Source: Mobula hypostoma
Taxonomy: Eukaryota
Reading direction: 5' to 3'
DNA length: 64,000 nt
Assembly: GCF_963921235.1 (NCBI RefSeq)
Contig: NC_086115.1
Location: 66,528,001-66,592,000 of the forward strand
Both the position numbers and the translations under genes were made by a program. Positions 1-12,381 of the stretch are shown here, in pieces. The notes below the pieces were generated by a model that saw only the letters and a list, made by a program, of their open reading frames with translations, ran no database searches and was not told where the DNA came from. Position 1 is the stretch's first letter; each line of letters begins with the position of its first letter.

Positions 1-795
1 ATCTGTTTCCCTATCTGCTCCTCGATATCCCTGTTACTGTTGGGCGGCCTATAAAAAACACCCAGCAAAGTTATTGACCCCTTCCTGTTCCTAACCTCCA
101 CCCACAGAGACTCCGTAGACAATCCCTCCATGACATCCACCTTTTCTGCTGCCGTGACACTATCTCTGATCAACAGTGCCACGCCCCCACCTCTTTTGCC
201 TCCCTCTCTGTCCTTTCTGAAACATCTAAAGCCTGGCACTTGAAGTAATCATTCCTGTCCCTGAGCCATCCAAGTCTCTGTAATGGTCACCACATCATAG
301 CTCCAAGTACTGATCCACGATCTATGCTCATCCGCTTTGTTCACAATACTCCTTATGTTAAAATAGACACATCTCAAACCATCCGTCTGAGTGCGTCCCT
401 TCTCTATCATCTGCCTATCCTCCCTCTCACATTGTCTACAAGCTTTCTCTATTTGTGAGCCAACAGCCTCTTCAGTTCGGTTCCCACCCCTAAACAATTC
501 TAGTTTAAACTCTCCCCAATTGCCTTAGCAAACCTCCCCACCAGGATATTGGTCCCCCGGGATTCAAGTGCAACCCGTCCTTTTTGTACAGGCCACACCT
601 GCCACAAAAGAGGTCCCAATGATCAGAATCTGAATCCCTGCCCCCTGCTCCAATCCCTCAGCCACGCATTTATCCTCCATCTCTCTCTATTCTCATACTC
701 ACTGTCACATGGCACAGGCAGTAATCCCGAGATTACTACCTTCACGATCCTGCTTCTCAACTTCCTTCCTAACTCCCTGTAGTCTTCCAGGATCT
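1..795 (-). mobile_element. CR1 LINE, ORF1 3' end plus ORF2 endonuclease N-terminus (continues at 3709-4560)
   Basis: ORF 249..497 gives CVYFNIRSIVNKADE...YDVVTITETW (APE endonuclease start); ORF1 ends ...IGESLN* at about 500. Confidence 0.9.
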
Positions 796-3708
796 GAAAT
801 CAAAGCAAAAAGTATCAAATACTGGTCTTAAAGTATTACTTAAATGCATGCAGCATAAGGAATAAGGTGGATGATCTTGTTGTACAGCTACACATTGGCA
901 GGTATGATATTGTGGCCATCACTGAGACCTGGCTAAAGGATGCATGTCTCTGGGAGCTGAACGTCCAAGGATACACGGTGTATCGGGAGGATAGGAAGGT
1001 AGGCAGAGGGGGAGGCATGGCTTTATTGGTAAGAAATGATATTAAATCATTAGAAAGAGGTGATATAGGATCAGAAGGTACAGAATCTTTATGGGTTGAG
1101 CTAAGAAATAGCAGGGGTAAAAGGACTCTGATGGCAGTTATTTATAGGTCTCCAAACAGCTGCAGGGATGTGGACTACAAATTACAACTGGAACCAGAAA
1201 AGGCTTGTCAGAAGGGCAGTGTTATGATAATTGTGGGGGATTTTAACATGCGAGTGGATTGGGAAAATCAGGTCAGCACTGGATCTCAAGAGAGGGAATT
1301 TGTAGAATGTCTGCGAGATGGCTTTTTAGAACAGCTCGTTGTTCAGCCCACTAGGGGAACGGCTGTACTGGATTGGGTATTGTGTAATGAACCGGAGGTG
1401 ATTAGAGAGATTGAGGTGAAGGAACCCTTAGGAGGCAGTGATCATAACATGATTGAGTTCACTGTGAAATTTGAAAAGGAGAAGCCGAAATCTGATGTGT
1501 TGGTATTTCAGTGGAGTAAAGGAAATTACAGTGGCATTAGAGAGGAACTGGCCAAAGTTGACTGGAAAGGGACACTGGCGGGAAAGACAGCAGAGTAGCA
1601 GTGGCTGGAGTTTATGCGAGAAGTGAGGAAGGTGCAAGACAGGTGCATTCCAAAAAAAGAAGAAATTTTCGAGTGGAAAAAAGATGCAACCGTGGTTGAC
1701 AAGAGAAGTCAAAGCCAAAGTTAAAGCAAAGGAGAGGGCATACAAGGAAGCAAAAATTAGCAGGAGGACAGAGGATTGGGAAGTTTTTAAAACCTTACAA
1801 AAGGAAACCAAGAAGGTTATTAAGAGGGAAAAGATTAACTATGAAAGGAAGCTAGCAAATAATATCAAAGAGGATACTAAAAGCTTTTTCAAGTATATAA
1901 AGAGTAAAAGACAGGTGAGAGTAGATATTGGACCGATAGAAAATGATGCTGGAGAAATTGTAATGGGAGATGAGGAGATGGCAGAGGAACTGAGTGAGTA
2001 TTTTGCATCAGTCCTCACTGAGGAAGACATCAGCAGTATACCGGACACTCAAGGGTGGCAGGGAAGAGAAGTGTACGCAGTCACAATTACGACAGAGAAA
2101 GTACTCAAGAAGCTGAATAGTCTAAAGGTAGATAAATCTCCCAGACCAGATGGAATGCACCCGCGTGTTCTGAAGGAAGTAGCTGTGGAGTTTGCGGAGG
2201 CATTAGCGATGATCTTTCAAAAGTCGATAGATTCTGGCATGGTTCCGGAGGACTGGAAGATTGCAAATGTTACTCTGCTATTTAAGAAGGGGGCAAGGAA
2301 GCGAAAAGGAAATTATAGACCTGTTAGCTTGACATCGGTGGTTGGGAAGTTGTTGCAGTCGATTGTCAAGGATGAGGTTACAGACTACCTGGAGGCATAT
2401 GACAAGATAGGCAGAACTCAGCATGGATTCCTTAAAGGAAAATCCTGCCTGACAAACCTATTACAATTTTTTGAGGAAATTGCCAGTAGGCTAGACAAGG
2501 GAGATGCAGTGGATGTTGTATATTTGGATTTTCAGAAGGCCTTTGACAAAGTGCCACACATGAGGCTACTTAACAAGATAAGAGCCCATGGAATTACAGG
2601 AAAGTTACATACGTGGATAGGGCGTTGGCTGATTGGCAGGAGACAGAGAGTGGGAATAAAGGGATCCTGTTCTGGTTGGCTGCCGGTTACCAGTGGTGTT
2701 CCACAGGGGTCCGTGTTGGGGCCGCTTCTTTTTACATTGTACATCAACGATTTGGATTATGGAATAGATGGCTTTGTGGCTAAGTTTGCTGATGATACAA
2801 AGATAGGTGGAGGGCCGGTAGTGCTGAGGAAACGGAGAGTCTGCAGAGAGACTTGGATAGATTGGAAGAATGGGCAGAGAAATGGCAAATGAAGTACAAT
2901 GTTGGAAAGTGTATGGTTATGCACTTTGGCAGAAAAAATAAATGGGCAGACTATTATTTAAATGGGGAAAGAATTCAAAGTTCGGAGATGCAACGGGACT
3001 TGGGAGTCCTCATACGTTAACCTCCAGGTTGAGTCAGTAGTGAAGAAGGCGAATGCAATGTTGGCATTCATTTCTAGAGGAATAGAGTATAGGAGCAGGG
3101 ATGTGATGTTGAGGCTCTATAAGGCGCTGGTGAGACCTCACTTGGAGTACTGTGGGCAGTTTTGGTCTCCTTATTTAAGAAAGGATGTACTGACGTTGGA
3201 GAGGGTACAGAGAAGATTCACTGGAATGATTCTGGGAATGAGAGGGTTAACATATGAGGAACGTTTGTCTGCTCTTGGACTGTATTCTTTGGAGTTTAGA
3301 AGAATGAGGGGAGACCTCATAGAAACATTTCGAATGTTGAAAGGCATGGACAGAGTGGATGTGGCAAAACTGTTTCCCATGATGGGGGAGTCTAGTACGA
3401 GAGGGCATGACTTAAGGATTGAAGGGCGCCCATTCAGAACAGAAATGTGAAGAAATTTTTTAGTCAGAGGGTGGTGAATCCATGGAATTTGTTGCCACGG
3501 GCAGCAGTGGAGGCCAAGTCATTGGGTGTATTTAAGGCAGAAATTGATAGGTATCTGAGTAGCCAGGGCATCAAAGGTTATGGTGAGAAGGTGGGAAAGT
3601 GGGACTAAATGGAAGAATGGATCAGCTCATGATAAAATGGCGGAGCAGACTCGAGGGACCGAATGGCCGACTTCTGCTCCTTTGTCTTATGGTCTTATGG
3701 TCTTTTAA
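796..3708 (+). mobile_element. 5'-truncated CR1 LINE, disrupted ORF2 (EN+RT)
   Basis: ORFs 867-1598, 1684-2892 and 2962-3450 with [17 protein letters not shown] and KFADD motifs; (tcttatgg)n tail; flanked by near-identical caggatct 788-795 / caggacct 3709-3716. Confidence 0.95.
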
Positions 3709-4560
3709 CAGGACCTCTTCCCTTTTGCTACCTGTGTCATTGGTACCAATATGTACCACGACCTCTGGCTGTTCTCCCTCCCACTGCAGGATATCTCAGA
3801 TGCGATCTGAAACATCCTGGACCCTGGGACCTGGGACGCAAATTACCATCCGAGTTTCTTTCCTGTGTCCGCAGAGTCGCCTGTCTGACCCCCTAACTAT
3901 AGAATCCCCTATCATTACTGCCTTCCTCTTCCTTTCCCTACCCTTCTGAGCCACAGGGCCCAGACTCTGTGCCAGAGGCATGGCCACTTTCGTTTTCCCC
4001 AGGTAGGCTGATTCCCCCATCAGTACTCAAACAGGAGTACTTATTGTCAAGGGGTACAGCCACAAGGGTACTCTCTAGTACCTGACTCTTCCCATTCCCT
4101 CTCCTGACTGTTACCTACTTGTCTGTCTCCTGTGGCCCTGGTGTGACCACCTGCCTGTAACTCCTTTCTATCACCTCCTCGCTGTCCCTGACCAGACGAA
4201 GGTCATCGAACTGCATCTCCAGTTCCATAATTCAGTCCCTTAGGAGCTGCAGATCGACACACCGGGTGCAGATATTGCCGTCCGGGGGCTGGGAGGCTCT
4301 AGGACCTCCCACATCTGACACCGAGCACAGAAAACCAGCCTCATACACATACTACTTCCTTTCCGCAATTAACACAGGTAGACCTACCTTGCCTCGTTAC
4401 TGCCTAAGCCTATTGAGCCAAAGCCCTACCACTCTGCTACCTCTCACTCCACTGCCCGCTAGATATGTCAGTCTTCTTTTTAAATTTTTCCCACTCTACT
4501 GGCTGACGTCATGCACCTGGCAGTCTTGCCTCGCTTTTACCGCGAGTAGTAAAATGCCTT
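3709..4560 (-). mobile_element. CR1 5' part: ORF1 zinc finger and SGNH esterase
   Basis: ATG at 4344 gives MRLVFCARCQMWEV...ICTRCVDLQLL (CxxC...CxxC); AVMIGDSIVRG esterase motif in ORF 3796..4020. Confidence 0.9.
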
Positions 4561-4895
4561 TGCTCCGGAAATCCTTAGCCGTTCACCCACAGCCTTCTTG
4601 CTCCAGTATTTGTGTGTGTGTTGCTCTGAATTTCCAGCATCTGCAGAATCTTTTGTGTTTATGATTTGCTGCTCCACTGTGAAGTCTCTTCGAGGGATGC
4701 TACCCTGAAGAAGTTTAAATCTTCTCTTTGATGGGAATTCAGTGAGCCCCTCCCTCACTGCTCTCCCTCTGTGATTTCTGCTGATCTCTGACCCTTCAAT
4801 CATGTACTCACCCAGACTCGATACCACAGCCAGAGTTTGTCTTCACTGCTGTCGTGTTCCACATGGCTCCCAGCTCCGTTTTCAGGTCTCTCTTT

Positions 4896-5360
4896 AATGA
4901 GGCCACCCTCTGGGTGGGGGATCAACACCTTATTTTCTGTTTTGGGAGCCTCCAACCTGATGGTATAAATATAAATTTCTCCTTCTGGTAAAACAAATTC
5001 TCTTCCTCTTCCGTCTTCTATTCCTCACTCTAGCCTCTTACCCTCAGGTGCCTATCACCTACCCATGGGTCCCGTCATCCATCCCTTTCTCCTATGGTCC
5101 TCTCTCTTCCCCTATCAGATTCCTTCATCTCCAGCCCTTTATCTTTTCACCTACCGTTAACCTTCTAGTCATCCCCCTTCTCCCCCCACCTATTTAATCT
5201 GGCATCTTCCCCCTTCCTTTCCAGTCCTGAAGAAGGGTCTCGGCCCAAAACGTCAACTGTTTATTCGTTTCCATAGATGCTGCCTGACCTGCTGAGTTCC
5301 TCCAGCATTTTGTGTGTGTTGCTTTGGATTTCCAGCATCTGCAGAATTTCTTGTGCTTCT
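4896..5360 (+). mobile_element. Penelope-like element 3' end (GIY-YIG C-terminus, 3' UTR, hammerhead)
   Basis: 4896 onward translates NEATLWVGDQHLIFCFGSLQPDGININFS, the typical PLE endonuclease C-terminus; pyrimidine-rich UTR; terminal motif ccagcattttgtgtgtgttgc...ccagcatctgcaga. A bare terminus also lies at about 4595-4660. Confidence 0.8.
5222..5259 (+). ncRNA. Minimal type I hammerhead ribozyme motif (CpG-decayed)
   Basis: cagtc-CTGAAGA-A-GGGTCTCGGCCC-aAAA-CGTC-aactg; G12 and one stem I base are changed at CpG positions. Confidence 0.75.
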
Positions 5361-5566
5361 AATTTAACACATGACACTTTTTAAAGATTTCCTACAATTC
5401 ATTCTGTACACAGGAACTTCAACTTAGAATCACATAAAATGCAATTGTCACATTAGATGTAGACTGGAACATGATTTTCAAAGTATCACACTGTTAATAT
5501 CTTATTTTGCCCATTGGACCTCCTTTAGCTGTTAGTCCATTTCAGGAAAGATATATCCTGTGTTAC

Positions 5567-5610
5567 CTGATGGCACCAAAGCAGTATTATATCCAAGCCA
5601 AGAATATTGT
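5567..5610 (-). CDS. Candidate host-gene exon D (44 nt)
   Basis: Minus strand tttaaacag|ACAATATT...CATCAG|gtaaca; reads (D)NILGLDIILLWCHQ in phase with exon C; lies in a TE-poor island. Confidence 0.5.
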
Positions 5611-6164
5611 CTGTTTAAATAGGACAATTCATGTCAAAGGTAAAATATTAATCTTATGAAGGGTAAAGATCAGAATTTGATAAAAATTTAAGGTAATGTC
5701 AGTGATTTTGAATTTAATGTAAAATATTGGTGTAAACTATGTGCTAGGGTTAGTTTATTCTTTTTCATCTTTGATCTCAAGGGCCTGCCCAGGACACGCT
5801 TTTAGAATTCGAAATAGATGTAGCACAGGAAAACACAATTTGTCCAATTGTACCTGTGTGAGTTCATTGAGAATGCAATCCAATCAACCTCACTCTCCCA
5901 TAGAGCCACACTAATGTTTCCTTTCCAATTCACACCTGCAAATTTGTATTGAATTAGCTATCGGTAACACTCCAGGCAGTGTTTTCCAGATCCTATCAAT
6001 CCCCTGCTAGTGGAATAAAATTTCCTCACTTCCCATGTCCACAGCATTAACGATCACAGTTTTCACTTTGATGTTATTTTATTTGATAGCAAGAGAAATA
6101 AAGTTCAGAGAGAAATGGGGCTGTCAATTCACTGAGAGCATTATACAGTCGTTATCTATACCCA

Positions 6165-6436
6165 TGACTATGCTGGTTTCAATCTTTTGTGACCATGTTC
6201 TCCAGTTTCCTCTCACATTCCAGGGATGTGTGGGTTAGCAGGTTGACTGGTCACTGGGTGTAATCTCACATTCCAGGGATGTGTGGGTTAGCAGGTTGAC
6301 TGGTCACTGGGTGTAATCTCACATTCCAGGGATGTGTGGGTTAGCAGGTTGACTGGTCACTGGGTGTAATTGGAGGGTATGGTCTCATTGAGCTGGAAGG
6401 GCCTGTCACTGTGCTGCATTGCAAAATAAATAAAAG
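6165..6436 (+). mobile_element. V-SINE/HE1-like SINE body and CR1-type tail, with internal triplication
   Basis: V-domain-like ctccagtttcctctcacattccagggatgtg; tail gaagggcctgtcactgtgctg...aaataaataaaa resembles the CR1 3' ends in this window. Confidence 0.65.
6211..6369 (+). repeat. Three identical 53-bp tandem units
   Basis: tctcacattccagggatgtgtgggttagcaggttgactggtcactgggtgtaa starts at 6211, 6264 and 6317. Confidence 0.97.
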
Positions 6437-6544
6437 GAGAACAATTGGTTCACTGAGGCGATACTAGCTGTCAGGGAGCAAAAACATTAGTCTAATTCCC
6501 CCCTCTCCTTATTTCCCTGTATTCTCTCTCATTTTGCTGTTACC

Positions 6545-6712
6545 ACACACAATGGGATGATTTAGCAGTTGCCAGTTAATCTAGCAGTACCTCTTTTGGG
6601 ATGTGCAAGTGAGAAACACACACAGAGTCATGGACAGCATGCAAAAATTCAGTACAGACAGCACCCAAAGTGGGGATCGAACCCAGGTAGCATCACTAAC
6701 CGTTGTGCTAAT
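6545..6712 (-). mobile_element. Degenerate tRNA-derived (V-type) SINE
   Basis: B box ggttcgatccc on the minus strand (about 6674-6684) followed by a V-domain-like segment. Confidence 0.6.
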
Positions 6713-7049
6713 GTGTAAGTACTCATTGACCAATGAAAACAAACTCATCCTGTGTACTGGCAGGACATAATTCACTATTTGATATTAATATTATTTATAG
6801 GAAGGACAAGTGAACATAGTAACACAAATAAGACATTTGCTCTGAAAGTAAAATCCTGACAAGAAAATCAATCTCAGGGTTGTTTATGGTGACAAAGATA
6901 GTATGTACTTAGATGATAAATTTCCTTTGATCTTTGTCATTTTACCTCTACACCCAGAGACCATAAATCAGAATCAGAAAATTAAATCGGGTTGGAAGAA
7001 ATAGAATATCATCTCATTGATGGATGAATGACTCTGATTTTGAGATTTA

Positions 7050-7577
7050 CAAATGTAGCCTGACCTGCTAGTTCTTTCCAATAATTTATTTTAAATTTAC
7101 TTTTGTTCTTTAAACCTTCAGCATCTGGAGCCTGTCATTTCATTGAACAAATGACAAAAAACTTCTTCAAACATCTGATGAAGTGTCTTAGACCTGAAAG
7201 GTTAGTTTGTTTTCTTTCTCCACAGACACTCCCTGACCTGCTGAATCTTTTCAGCAGTTCATGTTTTTATTTCAGCTTTTCAACAGCTACTTTTTTTAAA
7301 TCTTTAAGTATTGGAATGTTTCAGATTACAAAGGAGCTGCAACTTTTGCATCAAACTATCAGAACTGATCAACAATAAATGGACTTCCAGTTGATAACGA
7401 TTCAATTCGGAACGAAAACCACTAACGAGGGCTGGTGGTCGGAAGGCACTAGTGAAGTGTCTCAGCCCGAAACATCGACTATACTCTTTTCCACAGATGC
7501 TGTCTGGCCTGCTGACTTCCTCCAGCAATTTGTGTGTGTTGCTTGCATTTCCAGCATCTGCAGATTTTCTCTTGTTT
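7050..7577 (+). mobile_element. Cluster of degenerate PLE 3' termini
   Basis: Decayed hammerhead ctgatgaagtgtcttagacctgaaaggtt at 7175; gaagtgtctcagcccgaaacatcgact...ccagcatctgcagattttctcttgttt at 7454-7577. Confidence 0.65.
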
Positions 7578-8910
7578 GGGAGAGTTTAAATGGGTTTTGC
7601 AGGAAGTTGGGAACCAGAACCCCAGGTCAGTAACGGAAAGATCAGATTGGAAGGTACAGTACCTATAAAAAGTATTCACCTCCCTTGGAGGTTTTCATGT
7701 TTTATTGTTTCACAACATTGAATCTCTGTGGATTTACTGTGGATTGAATCCCTGTGGATTTAGCTTTTTTGACACTGATCAACAGAAAAAATATTCTTGG
7801 TGTCAAAACGAAAACAGATCTCTACAAAGTGATCTAAATTAATTACAAATATAAAACACAAAATAATTAATTGCATAAGTATTCAGCTCCTTTAATATGA
7901 CACACCAAATCATCACTGGTGCAGCCAAGTGGTTTTAGAAGTCACTAGATCAGATAAATGGAGATCATCTTGTGCAGGGAAGGTGCTTCAATTAATTGTA
8001 GTAAAAATACACCTGTATCTGGAAGATCCAACTGCTGGTGAGTCAGTATTCTGGCAAAAAACTACACCATGAAGACAAAAGAACACTCCAAGCAACTTCG
8101 TGAAAAGGTTATTGAAAAGCACAAGTCAGGAGATAGATACAAGAAAATTTCCAAGTCACTAAATATCCCTTGGAGTACAGTTTAATCAAAGAATTGAAGG
8201 GGCAAAAGCAAAGTAACAGGTACATTGGGTCGGATAGTTTGAAGTGTGTATATTTTGATTCTAGGACTACTATGGGTAAGTGATGAACTTATAGCATAGA
8301 TCAGAACATGGAACTACAATGTTGTGGCCATTACTGAAACATTGTTGAGAGGGGCAGGAATGGGTGATTAATACACCAGATTTTCAAATTTTTAGGAAAA
8401 TAGAAGAGGGAAAGGAACAATATCACAGTTGCACTCAGGGGAGACATAATGGAGGGGTCAGACACTCAGTCCATTTGGGTTGAACACAGGAATAGGAAGG
8501 GTGCAATCACACTGATGGGATTGTATTACAAGCCCCCTAATAGCCACCGGGACATTGAGAAACAGATATGTAATCAGATTTAGGAAATGTGTAAAATAAT
8601 AACGTTGTTGACATATGGGATTTTAACTTCCCTAATGTAAACTGGGACCTTCTTAATGTAAGGAGTTTAGATGGTCATGGGGGAGGAAGTGTTAGGCCTC
8701 CTAATGAGTATTAAGGTAGATAAGTCCCCAGGGTCTGATTGTATTTGCCCAAGGTTGTTCAAGGAGGAAAGTGACAAGATTGCCTGGCCCTAAGCCAGTA
8801 TCTTCATGCCCTGTAGCCATAGGTGAGGTCCCAGGGACTGGTGAGTGGCTAATGTTGTACCTCGATTTAATAAGGGAACAAGAGAAAATCCTGGGAAATA
8901 TAGACCAGTA
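7578..8910 (+). mobile_element. Degenerate CR1 (ORF1/ORF2 junction, EN, start of RT region), interrupted by Tc1
   Basis: gggagagtttaaat junction; aatgttgtggccattactgaaac and gggattttaacttccc EN-motif codons. Confidence 0.8.
7657..8190 (+). mobile_element. Tc1-like DNA transposon 5' fragment (IR/DR type)
   Basis: TA|cagtacctataaaaagtattcac terminus; inner direct repeat aagtattcagctcctt at 7877; 8069-8185 encodes MKTKEHSKQLREKVIEKHKSGDRYKKISKSLNIPWSTV* (paired-like HTH). Confidence 0.9.
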
Positions 8911-8914
8911 AGTA

Positions 8915-11900
8915 ATAGAGGCATAGAGAAGTACAGCACAGAAACAGGCCTTTTGGCCCATCTCGTCCGTGCTGAAACCATTTAAACTGCCCGCTCCCAG
9001 GACCATATCCCTCCATACCCCTCCCATCCACGTACCGATCCAAATGTCCCTTAAACGTCCAAATCAAGCTCACATGCACCACTTGATCTGGTAGCTCATT
9101 CCACCCTCTGAGTGAAGAAGCTTCCCCTCATGTTCCCCTTCAACTTCTCACCGTTCACACTTAAGCCATGACCTTTGGTTGTAGTCCCACTCAACCTCAT
9201 TGGAAATAGCCTGCTTGCATTTACCCTATCTATACCCTCATAATTTTGTACACCTCTATCAAATCTCCTCTCAATCTTTTATGTTCTAAGGAATACAGTT
9301 GTAACCTATTAAGAACACAAAATACTCTGCAGATGCTGGGGTCAAAGCAACACTCACAACACGCTGTTGTAGCCTATTAAAATCCTTCGTTATAACTCGG
9401 GTTCCCCAGACCTGGCAACATCCTTGTAAATTTTCTCTGTACTCTTTCAACTTTGCTTACATCTTTCTTGTAGATAGGTGATGAAAACTACACACAATAC
9501 TCCAAATTAGGCCTCACCAACATCTTATACAACTTCAACATAACATCCCATTTCCTGTACTCAATACATTGATTTATGAATGCAATGTGCCATAAGCTTT
9601 ATTTACAACCATATCTACCTGTGACAGCACTTTCAATGAATTATAGGCCTGTATTCCCAGAGCCCTTTGTTTCATCACACTCCTCAGTGCCCTACCGTTC
9701 ATGGTGTAAGACGTACCCTGGTTGGTTCTACAAAAACCTCACAATTGTCTGTATTAAATTCCATCCGCCATTTTTCAGCCCATTTTTCCAGCTGATGCAG
9801 ATCTCACTGCAAATAGCCTTCCTCTTTGTCCACTACACCCCCAATCCTGATGTCATCTGCAAATTTGCTGATCTAGTTAGGTCGTTGATGTTGATGACAA
9901 ACTGCAACAAACCCAGCACTGATCCCTGCGACACGCCACTAGTCACAGGCCTCCAGTCACAGAGGCAACCATCTACTATCACTCTCTGGCTTCTCCCACA
10001 AAGCCAATGTCTAACCCAATTTAATACCTCATCTTGAACGCCAAGCAACTGAACCTTATTGATCAACCTCCCATGCGGGATCTTGTCAAATGCCTTGCTA
10101 AAGTCCATGTAGGCAACATCCACTGCCTTGCTTTCGCGCACTTTCCTGGTAACTTCCTTGAAAAACTATATAAGATTGATTGGACATGATCTACCACACA
10201 CAAAGCCATACTGACCATTCTTAATCAGTCCATGTCTATCCAAATACTTATATCTGATACCTTGAATACCTTTCGATAATTTTTGCACAACTGATGTCAG
10301 ACCCACTGGCATATAATTCCCTAGTTTATGTTCAGAGCCTTTTTTAAGCAGCGAAACAACATTGGCTATCCTCCAATCTTCAGGTAACTCTCCTGTCACA
10401 AAGGATGATTTAGATATCTCTGCTAAAGCTCAGGCATCTTCTGTACTTGTACCCCATAAAGTCCAAGGGAACATATTGTTAGGCCCTGGGGATTTATCCA
10501 CCCCGATTTGCCTCAAGTTTGCAAACACCTCCTCCTCTGCATTCTGGACAGGGGCCATGAGCTGATGCCACTTTGTCTCACTTCTATAGAAACATAGAAC
10601 ATAGAAAACCTAAAGCACAATACAGGCCCTTCGGCCCACAAAGCTGTGCCGAACATATCCTTACCTTAGAACTACCTAGGCTTACCCATAGCCCTCTATT
10701 TTTCTAAGCTCCATGTATCCATCCAGGAGTCTCTTAAGAGACCCTATGGTTTCCGCCTCCACCATCAGTGACAGCCCATTCCACGCACTCACCACTCTCT
10801 GCGTAAAAAACTTACCCCTGACATCTCCTCTGTATCTGCTTCCAACCACCTTAAAACTATGTCTCTCGTGCTAGTCATTTCAGCCCTTGGAAAAAGCCTC
10901 TGACTCTCCACCCGATCAATGCCTCTCATTATCTTGTACACCTCTATCAGGTCACCTCTCATCCTCAGTCGCTCCAAAGAGAAAAGGCCAAGTTCACTCA
11001 ACCTATTCTCATAAGGCTTGCTTCCCAATCCAGGCAACATCCTTGTAAATCTCCTCTGCACCCTTTCTATGGCTTCCACGTCTTTCCTATAGTGAGGTGA
11101 CCAGAATTGAGCACAGTACTCCAAGTGGGATCTGACCAGGGTTCTATAAAGCTGCAACATTTACCTCTCGGCTCTTAAACTCAATCCCACGATTGATGAA
11201 GGCCAATGCTCCGTACCTTGTATGCCTTCTTAACCACAGAGTCAACCTGCACAGCAGCTTTAAGTGTCCAATGGACTCGGACCCCAAGATCCCTCTGATC
11301 CTCCACACTGCCAAGAGTCTTGCCATTGATACTATATTCTGCCATCATATTTGACCTACCAAAATGAACCACCTCACACTTATCTGGGTTGAACTCCATC
11401 TGCCGTGGACATAGACTCCAAGTGCATTTTCTGAGTAAACACAGATGCAAAAAAAATCATCTGAGATCTTCTCCATCTGTTTTGGCTCACATAAAAATTA
11501 CCATTCTGGTTTTCCAGAGGACCAATTTTGTCCCTTGCCAGCCTTTTGCTCTGAACATATCTGTAGAAACCCTTAGGATTCTCCTTCACCTTGACTGCTA
11601 AAGCAACTTCATGCCTCCTTTTGTCCTTTCTGATTTCTTTCTTAAGTGTTCTTTTGCATTTCTTGTACCCTATAAACATCTCATTTTTTCCTACCTTTCT
11701 ACACCTGCTATGCACCTCCTTTTTCTCTTAACCAGGGCCTCAATACTTCCTCAAAACCAAGGTCCCCTACACTTGTTATCTTTACCTTTTATTCTGACAG
11801 CCACATACAAGCTCTCTACCTTCAAAATTTCATTTTTGAGGGCCTCCCACATGTGAAGTAGACCTTTGCCAGAAAACAGCCTGTCCCAATCTACACTTGC

Positions 11901-12000
11901 CAGATCATTTCTGATACCATCAAAATTGGCTTTCCTCCAATTTAGAATCTCAGCCCGCAGACCAGATCTATATATTTGCATATTTACTTTGAAATTAATG
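8915..12000 (-). mobile_element. CR1 with nested younger CR1 3' fragment (about 10591-11410)
   Basis: RT ORFs 9833..10141, 10166..10399 and 11380..11715; the nested copy has ORF 10789..11160 and a (catagaa)n tail, with ataga at both junctions. Confidence 0.88.
9313..9365 (-). mobile_element. 53-bp PLE terminal fragment with 15-bp TSD
   Basis: gttgtaacctattaa 9298-9312 / gttgtagcctattaa 9366-9380 flank ctgcagatgctgg...gcaacactcacaac. Confidence 0.8.
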
Positions 12001-12381
12001 GGCTAAACAGATTCCTCCTTATTTCCATTCTAAAAGGACATCCCTCTATTCTGAAGCTGTGTCCTCTACTCTTCGACACTTCCACCAGAGCAAACATCCT
12101 TTCCACATCCATTCTATCAAGGTCTTTCACAATTTCATGGGTTTCAATGAGGTCACCCCTCATTCTTCTGAATTCCAGTGAATACAGGCCCAGAGCCATC
12201 AAATGCCTTTCATATGACAAGCCATTCAATCCTGGAATCATTTTTGTGAACCTCCTTTGAACCCACTCCAGTTTCAGCACATGCTTTCTAAGATAAGAGG
12301 CTCAAAACTGCTGAAAATTCTCTAAGTAAGGCCTCACCAATGCTTTATAAAGTCTCAACATTACATCCTTGATTCTGTATT

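Noticed and set aside
867..3450. RT ORFs as a retron, DGR or group II intron system
   Set aside because: APE endonuclease plus RT, microsatellite tails and TSDs identify eukaryotic CR1 LINEs.
6211..6369. CRISPR-like array
   Set aside because: Head-to-tail identical units with no spacers, in a eukaryotic SINE context.
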